Of a stretch of DNA of 64,000 nt, positions 38,201-50,240 are shown in pieces. How positions within the stretch are numbered: the first letter of the stretch is position 1; every line of letters begins with the position of its first letter. Below the pieces are notes generated by a model. That model saw only the letters and a program-made list of their open reading frames with translations, had not been told where the DNA came from and searched no databases. The position numbers and the translations under genes were made by a program. Source of the DNA: Ancylonema sp. (taxonomy: Eukaryota); assembly GCA_050230475.1 (NCBI GenBank), contig JBFLGF010000089.1, forward strand, positions 1 through 64,000. Reading direction: 5' to 3'.

Positions 38201-40705
38201 CTGTCGCTACGGTAGAACATGTGTGCGATTCAGGGGTGGGTCGTATCTGGGACTGCACTGCTGGTCAAACTGACTGAACTCCTTTTTTACTGTCCGTTTG
38301 TGACTTGCCTTCTATTCGCAGGGCCACCAAGGGGAGTCTGTGCTTATTTTCGCTGAGACAGCAGAGGGATACCTGGAGGCAAAGAGGCTTCACGAGCAGT
38401 TTAGTAGCAATGGCCGGGGGCGCAATGAGTGGGCTCGTGCCTCCTCTAGTCGCATGGGGAAGGTGGACATGAGAGTGGATTACGAGGGGAAGAGGATGCT
38501 GTTCGGCTACTTTGCCAAGCCGGAGGACCTGGAGAGCTTCAACAGGCACCAGAGTACGTGGACATGCCACTTTAACTACTCGGCATGCCTTGTCAAAAAT
38601 GTTAAAAAAAAAAAAAAAAGTCTCTTGATAAATGCTACCTTTATATTTTTCTTTCTTTTTCTTTTTTTGGAGGAGGGTGGGGGGGGCTGCAAGTCAGTTG
38701 CCATCTTTGAGTGTCAATGTAATGCTGGAACAAAATTGCTTTGAAGTCTGAAAAATGAAGTACGAAGTACGAAGTATGGTGTTTGAAGTTTGAAATTTGA
38801 AGTATCAAGTTTGAGGTATGATCCCTGGTGGTGACCCACGATTTACCACTGGAACCAAATCGCAGATGGGTAGAGGACCCAAAATCCAGTCCCAAGGCTG
38901 CCTCGCCTTCTCACCCCTTCTCTCCTTCCTCCTCCCCCTCCTCCCCCTCTGCCCCCTCCTCCTCCCCCTCTACCCCCTCCTCCTCCCCCTCCCCAGAAGA
39001 CAACCGTAAGCTGACCTTCAAATGGAAGAAGCTCCGCGCCGTCCTCGACGAGCCCCAGAAGCTTCTCGAGCAGACGCGTCAGGAGAAGGCGATGACGAGC
39101 CACAAGCTCCACAGGATCGCGGAGGAGAACGCGGACCTGCGCGCAGAGAACGCGCAGATGAGTTCCGACAGCAGTGTCCAGAAAGAGGCCGCTGAGGCCG
39201 CCCTCCAGCAGGAGAGGCAGGCCAGCCGGGTTGCGAGAGCAGAGAAGGAGCACAGCGCGCGCACGATCACCATGCTGCAGGGGATGGTGAAGAGGGTGGA
39301 GAACGAGAAGAAGAGGGTGCAGAACATTGCGGAGGAGCAGATGGCGAAAGCGTATCAAAAGGTGGGGGCGGCATGGGGGAGGAGGAGGGAGGGAGGGAGG
39401 GAGGGGTGGGAGAGGGGGGTCGGGGAGGGGGGGGGTAGTAGGGTTGCAGAAGTAGGAGGACGGTAGACCTGGGATGAGTGGGGGAGAGGGGTGAGACAGA
39501 GAGAAAGAGAGAGAGGGAATGGGAGGGAGGGAGGGAGGAAGAGAGGAAGGGAGGGGCACTTGTTACTGCGTTATGTGAAGGGGCCCACTCTGTGTCAGAT
39601 ACCTCACCGCTCTGTGTGTAAGAGTAACCCCACTGTATCCTTGTACTATCTTCTCTACTTCTCCTCCTCGTTTCCACTGCGGGCTCTCCCTCCTGCCTGT
39701 ACCCCCCTCATCCCCCCCCCTCTCTCTGTCCCTGTGCGTGTCAGATCGAGGCTCTTGAGATGAGTCTTCGTGCAAAACGGAACGAATCTCATCGTATGGT
39801 GGAGGGCGCGTACCTGAGCATGCGCCAAAAGAACGACGAGATTGTGACGGGGAGGGACGCGGTGCTGGCGGGAGACCAGAAGGGGAAGGTGAAGGCAGAC
39901 GGACAAGATTGGTGAGTCACCCCTCGCCCTCTCCCTCGCCCTCTCCTCGCCCTCTCCCTCTCCCTCTCCCTCTCCCTCTCCCTCTCCCTCTCCTCTCCCT
40001 CTCCCTCTCCCTCTCCCTCTCCCTCTCCCTCTCCCTCTCCCTCTCCCTCTCCCTCTCCCTCTCTTTCCCTCTCCCTCTCCCTCCCTCTTCTCCTCTCCCT
40101 CTCTCTCCCTCCCTTCCTCCCTCCCTCCCTCCCTCCCTCCCTCCCTCCCCCCCCCGCTGTTGCTGCTGCTCCCTGTCGACCCCTGCTGCTGTGTCCCCTG
40201 GTTGCTTGCCAGGTGGCGCAAGGGTGGAAGAAGCGAGTCCGAGGAGTCTGAGACCAACGCCCGCGTGGAGCAGTCCCTTCTGGTACCCCTGGAGATGCGT
40301 GAGTTGCTGAACAAGGTGGATACGGAGCACCTGGAGGAGATGGTGGCCCACAAACTGCAGGGGAGTCAGAAGGAGGAGGACTACTTGAACCTGAGGGAGG
40401 AGGTGATCAAGGATTTGATGGCCAAGCACCAGAGGCTGACAGAAGGGGGGGGGGCGAGTGGGGGGGGGGAGAGTGGGGTGGAGGATGGGGGGAGTGGGGA
40501 AGGCAGTTGGCGGCGGGAGGGGAGTGGGGGCACCAGTCCGGCTGTCAGTGAGTGGGAGACTCAACCCAGCAGGAAGGGAGGCAAGGGAGGCAAGGGTGGG
40601 GGTGGGGGAGGGAAGGGGGGAGGGGGAGGGAAAGGGGGAGGGGTAGCGGCGGGAACAGGCGGGACGTACAGCCAGCCTTGGGAGAAGGCAAGGACTTTCA
40701 AGTAG
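35272..40705 (+). CDS. SGS3: SUPPRESSOR OF GENE SILENCING 3 (zf-XS, XS and coiled-coil domains), about 8 exons
   Basis: zf-XS: EWKCKVCAGGPGSGDWYPGLQSLVLH...HREF. XS: VMWPPIIMVVNT / WVGM...HAYGP / GHQGESVLIF..TAEGYLEAKRLH / RMLFGYFAKPEDLESFNRH. Then a coiled coil (KLHRIAEEN). The N-terminus is RGG- and Pro/Ser-rich. TAG at 40703-40705. Confidence 0.92.
39920..40148. repeat. (CTCTCC)n / (CTCC)n polypyrimidine microsatellite in an SGS3 intron
   Basis: More than 20 hexamer copies followed by CTCC repeats. Confidence 0.95.
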
Positions 40706-40778
40706 GACAAGAAGAAGTAAAACAGAGAAGGAGGGTGGAGAGGGTCAAAGGAAGTGGTGACTCGCTAAAGTTGCCCTG

Positions 40779-40812
40779 TTTTTTTTTTTTTTTTTTTTTT
40801 TTTTTGTGTGTT

Positions 40813-40891
<79 letters not shown>

Positions 40892-40908
40892 AAAAAGTGT
40901 GTGTGTGC
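40779..40908. repeat. poly(T) plus (GT)n microsatellite downstream of the SGS3 stop
   Basis: Directly visible. Confidence 0.95.
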
Positions 40909-41566
40909 ATGTGTGTGGGAAGTTTTTACACGTACAAATTTGCATGATTGGAATTTGCATTGTGTGAGATACTTCATTCATATATGCTTTGTCCAACAAA
41001 GCATGTCTGTGGTTCTTAGGCATGAAGATAGAAATGGTCGTTGCAGTCAGCGAAAGAAGTATGTCTACTTCTCCCCTTTTCCTCCGGAACTAACATGAAA
41101 TACGTTTTGTAGATAAGCCAATGTCGTTTGTGTAACCAATCCTCTTCAACAATGTATGGTGGGGACTTTGAGCAAATGCATAATGAATCATGATTTGAGT
41201 GGTGCCTCGAGAGGCCTTCTTCTGTGTACATCATTGCATGGATTCTCAAAACGAAAGTTCATTGGAAATGAAGTTTTGACAACCCTAAATGTGCACAATT
41301 TTGGCAACGATCATCCCTAGATGATATGGACCAAAATGCCATATTGATGGTAGAAATCCGCATCCATCCCGGGTACCTACCCCCTGCTATCATCTACTTC
41401 ATCTTCGAAGGAGTACCTGACTCACTTTATGAAATGTGTTACACAAATGCGATGAGTAAGGTAAATTATTTGGGAAACTTTCTACCATTCCTTTCAATTG
41501 TGTACCGAAGGGGTAGCCTCTGGGCATGCACTCTATTGGCATCATTTAATTTTTTTTTGGAAAAAC

Positions 41567-41640
41567 ACAAAGCTGGTCCCGGACACGTCCGGGATTCTCC
41601 GGGTCGCGTCCCGGACATGCGTATCTGGGACCCAACTTTG
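41567..41640. mobile_element. Short MITE remnant (GGACACGTCC family)
   Basis: Inverted ends CAAAGCTGGTCCC / GGGACCCAACTTTG; similar to 48376-48637. Confidence 0.5.
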
Positions 41641-42356
41641 AAGAACCATGTTAATCGTTTTCGCAAGGACGCTTGTTTACTCCACATTACGACCGACTAC
41701 GCACTACGTTAGGCTTGAACAATGCCATCCACGATGCGTCAACTCATGGAACACAAAGCACATGCGTAAATAGTTTGTAGAAGACGAGATACAAATCACA
41801 TAACAAAGTTTAAATTGTGGACATACATCTGCATTTATTCCTAGCTCTGAGGTGCAATTTACATCACCAAGCACACCAAACACTTTTGTGATCGCATATA
41901 TTCAAGGTGCAAGCGAGAAGGTGCGATTTGTGAGCTACTTTAGTATACCAACCGTGTGAGTTCATGGCAACTCGAGGTAAAATGAAACATTCTTTTTGCA
42001 AAGACAAGGGGATCTTTATCCCCTCGGGCCTACGTCTAGGAAAACAATTTGCCACAATTTTGGCCTTCTAAACTTAAGGAAAGCAAGTTCCTAACAACTA
42101 AGGCGGATGGGGCAACAAAACGTAAATGCGACGTCCACGTTTCTCTCACTGCACACCCCTCCTTGGTCTTTTATCGACTTCTCGGAGTAGGGATGATACC
42201 TTCCAAAAAGCGGCATATGTACAGGGGGGGGCAGGTAATCATTCTTTCTGCCCCCAAAATATTCTTCCATCCCCCCTCCTCCATCTGAGGTGCCACTCCC
42301 CAGAGAGAGAGAGAGAGAGGACAAGCCAGAAGGGAGGCAGCCGACTTCCATCCGTT

Positions 42357-43351
42357 TCAGCCCATTGTCCACTGCGAAAGCAGCCACAGAAGTCAGTGGC
42401 GTGGCCATTGATAGCACAGCTGGCAGTTCGTACGGAAATTCGTACGGAAGTTCATGCTGATGTGGCCACAGCAATGAGTTCAAACACGGTACACTCATGG
42501 ACAATACAAACTTACGTATATATAGACAAGCATGCATATATATATATGTATATACTTTACATGGAGTATGTATTCCAACATACGTACCTCTCCACATGTG
42601 TGTGATGAAAAACCTGAACGTTATGTCTGAATTGCGGAATACTTATTCATCGCACTTTTCTAATTAACTTTTGATCCGTTTGCCGAATGAATAGTAGGGG
42701 CAGGGATACCTTCATCCCATCGCCGTCAGATTTAGTGCGAGGGGCGGCTCTCTCCCGAGCTGCCACTTCTGCAGCTTTCTTTGCTGCTCGGCCGCCAGGG
42801 GTGGAATCAAATTGCTGAGCCCTGAACCATACAAGAGTCGGGCGAATTGGGGGGTGCCACATCAGAATTCACATGGGGGGGTTGGGATGTGAGCAGTAAT
42901 TGAGCTGAGAAGTATTCGCCCTTGTTATCCGACCCTTGGTGTTGACTCAGTTCACTTTCAGAGTTGCGCCTTTTCGGAGGAGGGCAGAACGGCCCAGTCT
43001 GTTATCGGAGTGCACTGCATCGCTCCCACAAAATACATCGCACGGAGAGGGTCTTGTCGGGGTCTGGATCCGAAGATTTGGTTAGCGGAGCGGTCTTCAA
43101 CCAGAATAGCCATGTGAAAATCTGAGAGCGGAGCTGGTCGAGACTCTATTCCTGGAGCGAATAGTCTCAATTCGTGAAGAAATGTATTTCCTCACGGCGC
43201 CAGCCAGTGTTTCTTGAAAAATCTACCTAGCTTGTGCAGCTTCTGCCGCTTTCCCTCTTGCCTCCGCCATTTCCGCCCGCTCCAGGTCGCTATAGTGGCG
43301 CGCCCTCGGCTCGGAATCACCACCCCAGAGTCCAGAGCAGCACAGCCCCAT
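42357..43351 (-). CDS. SVIP: SVIP-like small VCP/p97(CDC48)-interacting protein, ~83 aa, 3 exons
   Basis: Exons 43351-43227, 42821-42710 and 42371-42357 join in phase through GT-AG introns to give MGLCCSGLWGG...ARGKAAEAAQARAQQFDSTPGGRAAKK...GDGMKWTMG*. It has an N-terminal MGxCC acylation motif, a VIM motif R-x5-AA-x2-R and a C-terminal W-T-x-x. Confidence 0.82.
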
Positions 43352-43927
43352 TCGCGGATCTGTAGCAAAAGCTACTGCTGCAAGGCCGCTGGGGCCGCTG
43401 AGAGGCAGCAAATAGGAAGTCGAAATCCTGTGATGCCAAAAAACGTTGGTAACAGTAGAACCACTCACAAGTCTAATGAACTTGTAATCATACGAAGACT
43501 CGCGTACACGTGGCAAACAGACTTCCCAATTCCACAGTCTAGCAGAAAGGAACTTTCCTGGCGCTGGATTCTGTCACCCTTCCTGCCTTTCATGCGAAAT
43601 CGAGAGGTCTCGTGAACTTGACACGGGCAGCTCCCACGTGCCACAGGGCCCACTCCTGTGGAACCCACATCCGGCAAAATGTCTGTCCGAATTTACGACC
43701 GTACATAATCGTACCAAGTTACGGCACTGGAAAATACGGTCCGTATGCAACCGGTATCATGATATGTACGGCCCAACTGGCAGAAACTTCGCGTCACCTC
43801 TTTTGCCGATCCATGGCTACCTGCGGAGGTGCCGGGCCGTGAAGGCGCACGTGTGCATCACTGGACCACATCAGCCTGCAAACTGAGCGTCAGAAAGTCT
43901 TCGTTTGCTGCTGGTGACGACATTCCG

Positions 43928-46759
43928 ATGCCGCCGAAGCGCGGGAAGTCGAGGGCCGAGCAGGATCGCGCTGAGGGTAGTGGTAGACGCCGGGGTCGCG
44001 GCAGGGAGGTCGCCGAGAAACACGCGGGAAAGTCCGTGGAGTCAAATGTGGACTCCATCATAGCCGGTGAGTGAAAGATTGTCGTCCGGCTTCGAGTGTC
44101 AACGTAGGGATATCGTTTCTCACCTGGCGTACAGCCCGAGCAAAGAAGAGGAAATGACACTTGATTCCTCCTCTCACCATCTCCACCCTCTGTCTCGTGT
44201 TCTCTCCATCAAACCCCCTCTGTTCTGATGGCGAAGAGGCCGGACGTCGGTAACAGGCGGCGGAGCGCCGGGGTCCAGGTGGCGTGTCCACAGGACATCT
44301 CTGGACGAGCGTGGGCGCGCTGCAATCCGCCCTCGCCCTCCCATTGGATCTTGAGCAGGAGTTCACGGCGAGGTTTGAGCTGGTAAATGCCCCCATTCAG
44401 TAGTTTAATAACAAATGGAACAACTAGTTTATTCGATTCTGAAGAATTTCGTAATAGTTGCTCTTTAGTTTTTACTTCACTGTTGACGAGCAAACAAATG
44501 AACAAACAAACAAAAATACAAGCAAAAAAACGAAACAAAAAAAGAACAAACAAAGAACCGAAAAACCAAACAAAAAACTGTTTCGTTCCCTATTTTCTCC
44601 ATTCACATAGGATGGGGACCTGAGAATGAAGGCCCCGTTTCGTGATTGCATTGTAGGGTTCAGGGAGAGTCCCTTCTTCTTTTGTCCGACTCCATCCTCT
44701 CTGACGCACGAGTCGAAGCAGGCAGCCCCCTACCAGGAAGCCGCTTCCGCACCAAAGCACACGCACTGGGGGTGCAAATGAAAGCCAATGAGCAGGCCCT
44801 GGGATTGGTCAGGTGCCTGTTCATCTCCCCTTCTCCTCCCTTCTTAATTGATAAGTACTACGTATCCTTCTTAATTGATAAGTACTACGTATCCTTCTTA
44901 ATTGATAAGTTCTACGTATCCTTCTCAAGGTCGTATGCATACATTTACATATACATATCCCCTGCTAAAACCCCTCTGTCTCTGACAGTATTTCTGTATC
45001 ATTTCTTTTGTGGGGCAGGCAGGCCTACGTGGCATTTGACATGCGTGACCTGGCAGCCCTCCCTGCTGACCTCAGCCATGAGGTGGCAGTGAATGCCGCC
45101 AACGCACTCGTGGTGCAAGCTGAGCTGGCAGAGGAATGGGGGAAGGAGGGGGGGGAGCTTCTGGCACAAGCAGAAGAAGGGTGAGGCTACATAATCCACC
45201 CCCTTCCACTAAACCCTCAAGGCTGCAGACCTCTGTATGTTTGAGAGGGGAAGCAGAGACACATTCCTCAATCTTTGGATCTAAGTCGGACATTGAATGC
45301 AACGAGTATGAACATACATTCGTATATGTATCACATCTTCAAAGTATGCACGTGTAAATATATCAAAACATTGAATGTATAAAAGCATACTGAATGTATC
45401 AGCATACTGAATGAATCATTGCCCTAGGGGTGAATATCGATATCCGATACAGCCTCGCTGCCCCCCCTTGGATTTCCTGCCCCAGCTACCGCTCCCTGTT
45501 ACTACGGGCCCCTGAAGACGTGGAGCTGCTCACGAATCTAGCGGATGTATGTATCAAACAAGGGGAGAAAAAAGTAGCCCCCTACCCCACACCCACCCCC
45601 ACACCCCATCCCCCTCCCCCCCACCCCCCCGCCCCCCCTCCCCCCCTCCCCCTCCCCCATCGCCCCCTCTTTTCCCTTCTTATCCCCACTCATTTCTGCG
45701 ATTGGGTGCAGGGATACGAGGGTGGTGGGTCCCACTACGTGGCAGCCATGTCAGCCTACGAGTCAGCCTACAGCCGTGCGGATGTGCGAGCTGGCGATGA
45801 CGTGGCAGGTCTGCTGCACAACTGGGGCCTGGGGCTGCTGTCATTGGCCAAGAGGGTCCCGGGGGGTGGGGAGGAGGCTGCCCTCTACGCCCGGGCAGCG
45901 GAGAAATTCCGGGAGGAGGCCCAGCTGCAGCCCACCAGCCTGCCCCCCAAGCTGGCTCTGGCAGAAGTAATGGTACAGCAGGCAGAAAGGTGCGCCTTTC
46001 TGCCGGGCGGCGGAGGGTCGCAGGCCCTGCAGCTGCTCGGGGATGCTCTGCAGTTCGGGTTTCTGCCAGCCCTGAGGTTGGACGCCTCCCACGTGGAGGC
46101 GCGGTTGGGGGAGGCGGATGTCCACCTGGCGGCCGGGAAGCAGCTGAGGGCGCAGGGGGACTTGGGGGGAGGTGGCAGGGAGTGGGTCCTGAGTAGGAAA
46201 GCATACGAGGAGGCCTTGAACCGTATCGGCGCAGGTACGGACACGCAAACCTCGATATAAGAAACTTCGTTGTAAGAAACACTTCGATATAAGAAACTAT
46301 TTAGTACATTAATGGAATGCGTATTTACAGTCATACTGTGATTTGTATAAGAAACATTCGTTGCTGAGAAACTTCCGAGATTTTTTTTTTTTTCGAGATT
46401 TGATTGTGATTTGATTTGATTTTTCGAGATTTTTCCCGAGATTTTAGGGTTTCGGGGTTTGAGTGGTACTTCGTGCGATGCGGGTATGACACGTGTCTCT
46501 CGATTCTGATTGTGTTGTTGGCCACGTGTGCGTGTGCGCAGCGGGCCCCGCTGGGGAGTTGGGTTACGTGGAGCAGTGCGATGGTTTGTACAACCTGGCG
46601 TGTGCGTCGTGTCTGGCGGGGGACGAGGAGGCGGCTGCGACGGCGTTGCGACACCTGGCGGAGGCAGGGGCGCTGTGCGCGAGTGATGTCGCGGCAGACG
46701 AGGATCTGATGGGGTTGAGGGGGAGGGAATGGTTTCAGGCTCTGGTTCGGCACGTGTGA
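43928..46759 (+). CDS. TPR-repeat protein with a C-terminal YNLAC (TPR end-of-group-like) domain
   Basis: Basic N-terminus MPPKRGKSR. Helical repeats include ELLTNLAD, LLHNWGLGL, AAEKFREEAQLQP and EARLGEADVH. The last exon reads GLYNLACASCLAGDEEAA...DEDLMGLRGREWF. GT-AG junctions. Confidence 0.75.
44839..44925. repeat. 27-bp tandem repeat x3.2 in an intron
   Basis: CCTTCTTAATTGATAAGTACTACGTAT at 44839, 44866 and 44893 (one mismatch). Confidence 0.95.
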
Positions 46760-47521
46760 AAAGGGGGTCAGGGAAGCGGATGTTTGTGAGGTACTTGTTC
46801 TTGGGAGCAAGCCGAGTGGGTGGACTGATCTTGGCCGGTTTTTTTGCCTGAAACGTACCACCTCTTTTTGCTGAAAGGAAGCTTTACTTTTGCGTTTGAG
46901 TGAGAGCAGGGGCACCGAAGTCATTTGATTGTCTGTGTCTTGAGGGTGCCTTCGCGATTTGTATCTTAGGGGTGTGGGATTTCGAGGTGGTGGGGGAGAA
47001 TAGGGGTAAGGTTCGACAACACCTCCTAGGGTTGTGTGGAAAGGGAAGGAAGTGATTCCAATATCTGCGTAGTGCTCGGAGCTCATGATTTTGATCCATC
47101 TTCAGCACAACATCATCATCCCTAGAGGGCATCAAGCTTTCGTCTTTCATTCCCGTCCTAGATGACGAGAACATGACATGAGGTCATAGTTGGGCGCGCA
47201 CAACTAAAATCGCGCACATATGCGCGTCCAACTAGGAACAAACACTCAAATTAAAAAGACTTTAAATACGTACTACTGTGAGCAGCGACTTTTCCCTCAA
47301 TCAAAATTTCAAATTTGAATTTTGCATGGAGGTGCGCGATGCCACATGTTCGGACCCAACTATGCGCCGAAACCGCGCACATGTGCGCGCCCAACCATAG
47401 TTAGTCCCGCTCCGATCGCGGATTTTTCGAGCCCGGCTCCGAGCCGGCTCGCAGCCGCGACCTGCCTGGCAAACACAAAGCATCGAAACACGACTGATGA
47501 CAAATCCTCTCTTGTTTATAC

Positions 47522-48904
47522 CGTAGTTGCACGGACCGGCGGACGGGGTCCCGAAGTCCCGACTCCGGACCGAGTTTCGTCCTTTTGGGTTAAAACTCCG
47601 GACCAGTTGTTTAAGGTAATATCGGTATTTGGGGGTTTAAAGGTGTTTTCCGTAGATAAAAGAACTCCGGAAGTAGTTTTTTCGCGGATGTAATTCTATT
47701 TCATATGTTATAAAGATTGCTAAAAAAGGTTAGACCTATCAAATAAGTAATTGAAATCTGCAATGCATCATTGAAGATAGCGTTATTCACCGCTATCGAA
47801 AGATATCACTTGGGAAAATGCTCTACGTCATTTGGAATGGGGTCATAATTACTCCATATTTTTCCATTTTCCATAGGTTACAATGTAATTCTGAAATGAT
47901 GTTCATGTGAGGCTCAAAAAAATGTGATGAAGGGTCACCGTATCACGAAATGAAATAAAAGTAGATACACCTATATCAAACATCATCCTGAAATTGTTTT
48001 CCACGCTCACAACTTTGTATTCAAACTTCTCTCCACCTTACACATACATTTATCACTTCTCACTTCCCACTTCTACATCAATAATGGGTAACTTCCCTAT
48101 CCATAATTTACTTACCTTATCAAAATCTATCATTGCCTACAACTTAATACTTATATGAAACGGAAAAAAAAAACATTACGACTTCTACACCCACAAAGTT
48201 TGTTCTATTTTTACCCCAATAACACTCTTCATTGTCTACACCACCTTAAATAATACCACTCTCCCCATTTCTCACTCCTCAAAAACATTTCCTCAATCGG
48301 AATAACACACTTATAAGTACCAACTTACAACAACATTTAAACCATTTTGTCAATTTTGAATTTCACCATCCCAATCAAAGTTGCGTCCCGGACCGTCCGG
48401 GGATCTCCGGACGTGTCCGCAACGCGTCCGGGCCCGGACGCCAGAGCCAAAATCTGATAGTCATATATGTGGAACCCCCATATTTGTGTAACTTCAGGTT
48501 GAAAAAAAAAAACCTTCCTTTTTGCATCTTAATTGCGTCCCTGACCGTCCGGGGATCCCCGGACGAGTCCGGGACGCGTCCGGGTCCGGACGTGTCCCGG
48601 ACGCGTCCCGCATCCTCGCGTTCGGGACGCAAATATGATCCCAATCAATGAACGGTTGGATATGAACATGCTATTTTATTTCATCTGTTTTTTTCATTTT
48701 GCTACAACTTGGCAAGCCACAAATGAAACATGTATATCACACGTGTGAGGTACTGGAAAAAAAATGAAGCCCCCGTCCTTTTTCCCAGCGGAAAAAAATT
48801 CTAGCAAAAAAACCCTAAAAATTTCCCGGTCCGACCGGGTTCCGACTCGGAACCCGGTCCGACCGCGGTCCGGAAATTCAGTGTTGCCGGTCCGTGCAAC
48901 TATG
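47522..48904. mobile_element. Third-level element (family A ends, reverse orientation)
   Basis: 19-bp TIR CGTAGTTGCACGGACCGGC / GCCGGTCCGTGCAACTATG (18/19); TSD poorly conserved. Confidence 0.75.
48376..48637. mobile_element. Innermost MITE (GGACGCGTCC family)
   Basis: TIR CAAAGTTGCGTCCCG / CGGGACGCAAATATG (13/15); perfect TSD ATCCCAAT (48368-48375 and 48638-48645). Confidence 0.9.
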
Positions 48905-50240
48905 GTTCGGGCCGTACGTCCCCAACATAACTAATATGCGCCGACCATAGAACGGGATCCGACGATGTTTTGATTCTGTTGTTTAAGGGCCGTTTAAAAG
49001 TTTATTTCATTCGACCATTACAGTGGTGTGTAAGGGTATACCATCCTATCTTGTTCTCTTTTATTCGTTAGTTAGGTCCGCATCAGCACCTCGCGAATGA
49101 AATCACATCAAACAATGCACCAAATAACATGGGATAATGCTTTGCACCGAATACAAATCATACGGCAACTATACACGACTTCTGGGTTAAGGCTACTTAT
49201 CAACGCTTTTTTAACAACTAAGTGTCTGTAACATTCATATGCACCCATTTTGAGGCCACAATCAAGTTCCCCCCCCCCCTTTTTTTCCCCCTGTGGGTCC
49301 CGCTCCGCTCGCCCAATTCGCGAGCACGGCTCCGAGTCGGCTCACGCATGAGCCGGATCCGAGCCGGCTCGCAAAACTGCCGGCTCGAGGACCAACTATG
49401 CGCCCAACTATGCCTGAGGTACATGGTAGTGCAACGTATGGCAACAATTTAAATACCCGTAGTGGGCAACCGCGTCTACGATCCGCGGGTGGAAACACCA
49501 TAGTTGGCGCGAGACCGTCCGAGGATCTAGGAATCCTTTGCCTCGGCAGGTTTGAGGAGAGACTGTTCAGGGAACGGTGCCGGAATTGGACACCCCAGCC
49601 CAACACTAAAAAGGCCAAAACGAGTAGATCGACATTACCGTACCGGCCAAAGACGACCAGAAAATGCGCCAGGAAAGAATTGCATGTTTCTACCCGAAAC
49701 ATGTGCTCCATATTTGGAGCACATGTTTTTGGCGCGTACTAAAATAATCATATTGACCACGGTGGTGCGCACTGTTAGCACATACAAAACACGGAAGTAG
49801 AAAAAAATATGGTATTTATTTATGAACAAAAAAAAACAAAAAACAAAAAAAAAAGATTGGTCCTTTTTAAAGCTGCTCATTCAAAATGTATGTGGCGCAC
49901 ACCTTTGGCTCATTTTTTTTAATTTTGTTTTAATGATAACATTTCAGATCTGCTAGTGCATTATACTTGGCCGCTACAGTATGCCGTAGCGTGTGATTTC
50001 GAGTGACGAGTATTCACTCACCATGTGTACATCAACATGTGTGAATCACTTTCGTAGCACCAAAAACTAGGGATCAAATTGCCACGGTCATTTAAACAAG
50101 TTATCCTTGAAAATCATATCATCGGATGAAGCATCTCAAAATACGAGAGCATAATGCAGAAAGTGTGTGTGCTAATGCAGAAATGGTTGTGTGCATAGAA
50201 CTTGGATTCTGATGTTTGTTTATTGCATTGTGTGCTTAGT

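Larger units (their letters stand above)
47396..49400. mobile_element. Second-level MITE inserted into the right TIR of the outer element
   Basis: TIR CATAGTTAGTCC / GGACCAACTATG; perfect TSD CGCCCAAC (47388-47395 and 49401-49408); GAGCCGG subterminal repeats. Confidence 0.88.
47185..49412. mobile_element. Outer MITE of a nested hAT stack
   Basis: TIR CATAGTTGGGCGC / GCGCCCAACTATG; TSD CATGAGGT / CCTGAGGT (7/8). Confidence 0.85.

Noticed and set aside
42091..42597. 168-aa minus-strand ORF
   Set aside because: Overlaps the SVIP intron, last exon and 3'UTR in another frame; no homology recognised.
44839..44925. 27-bp direct repeats as a CRISPR-like array
   Set aside because: No spacers, located in a eukaryotic intron; a simple tandem duplication.
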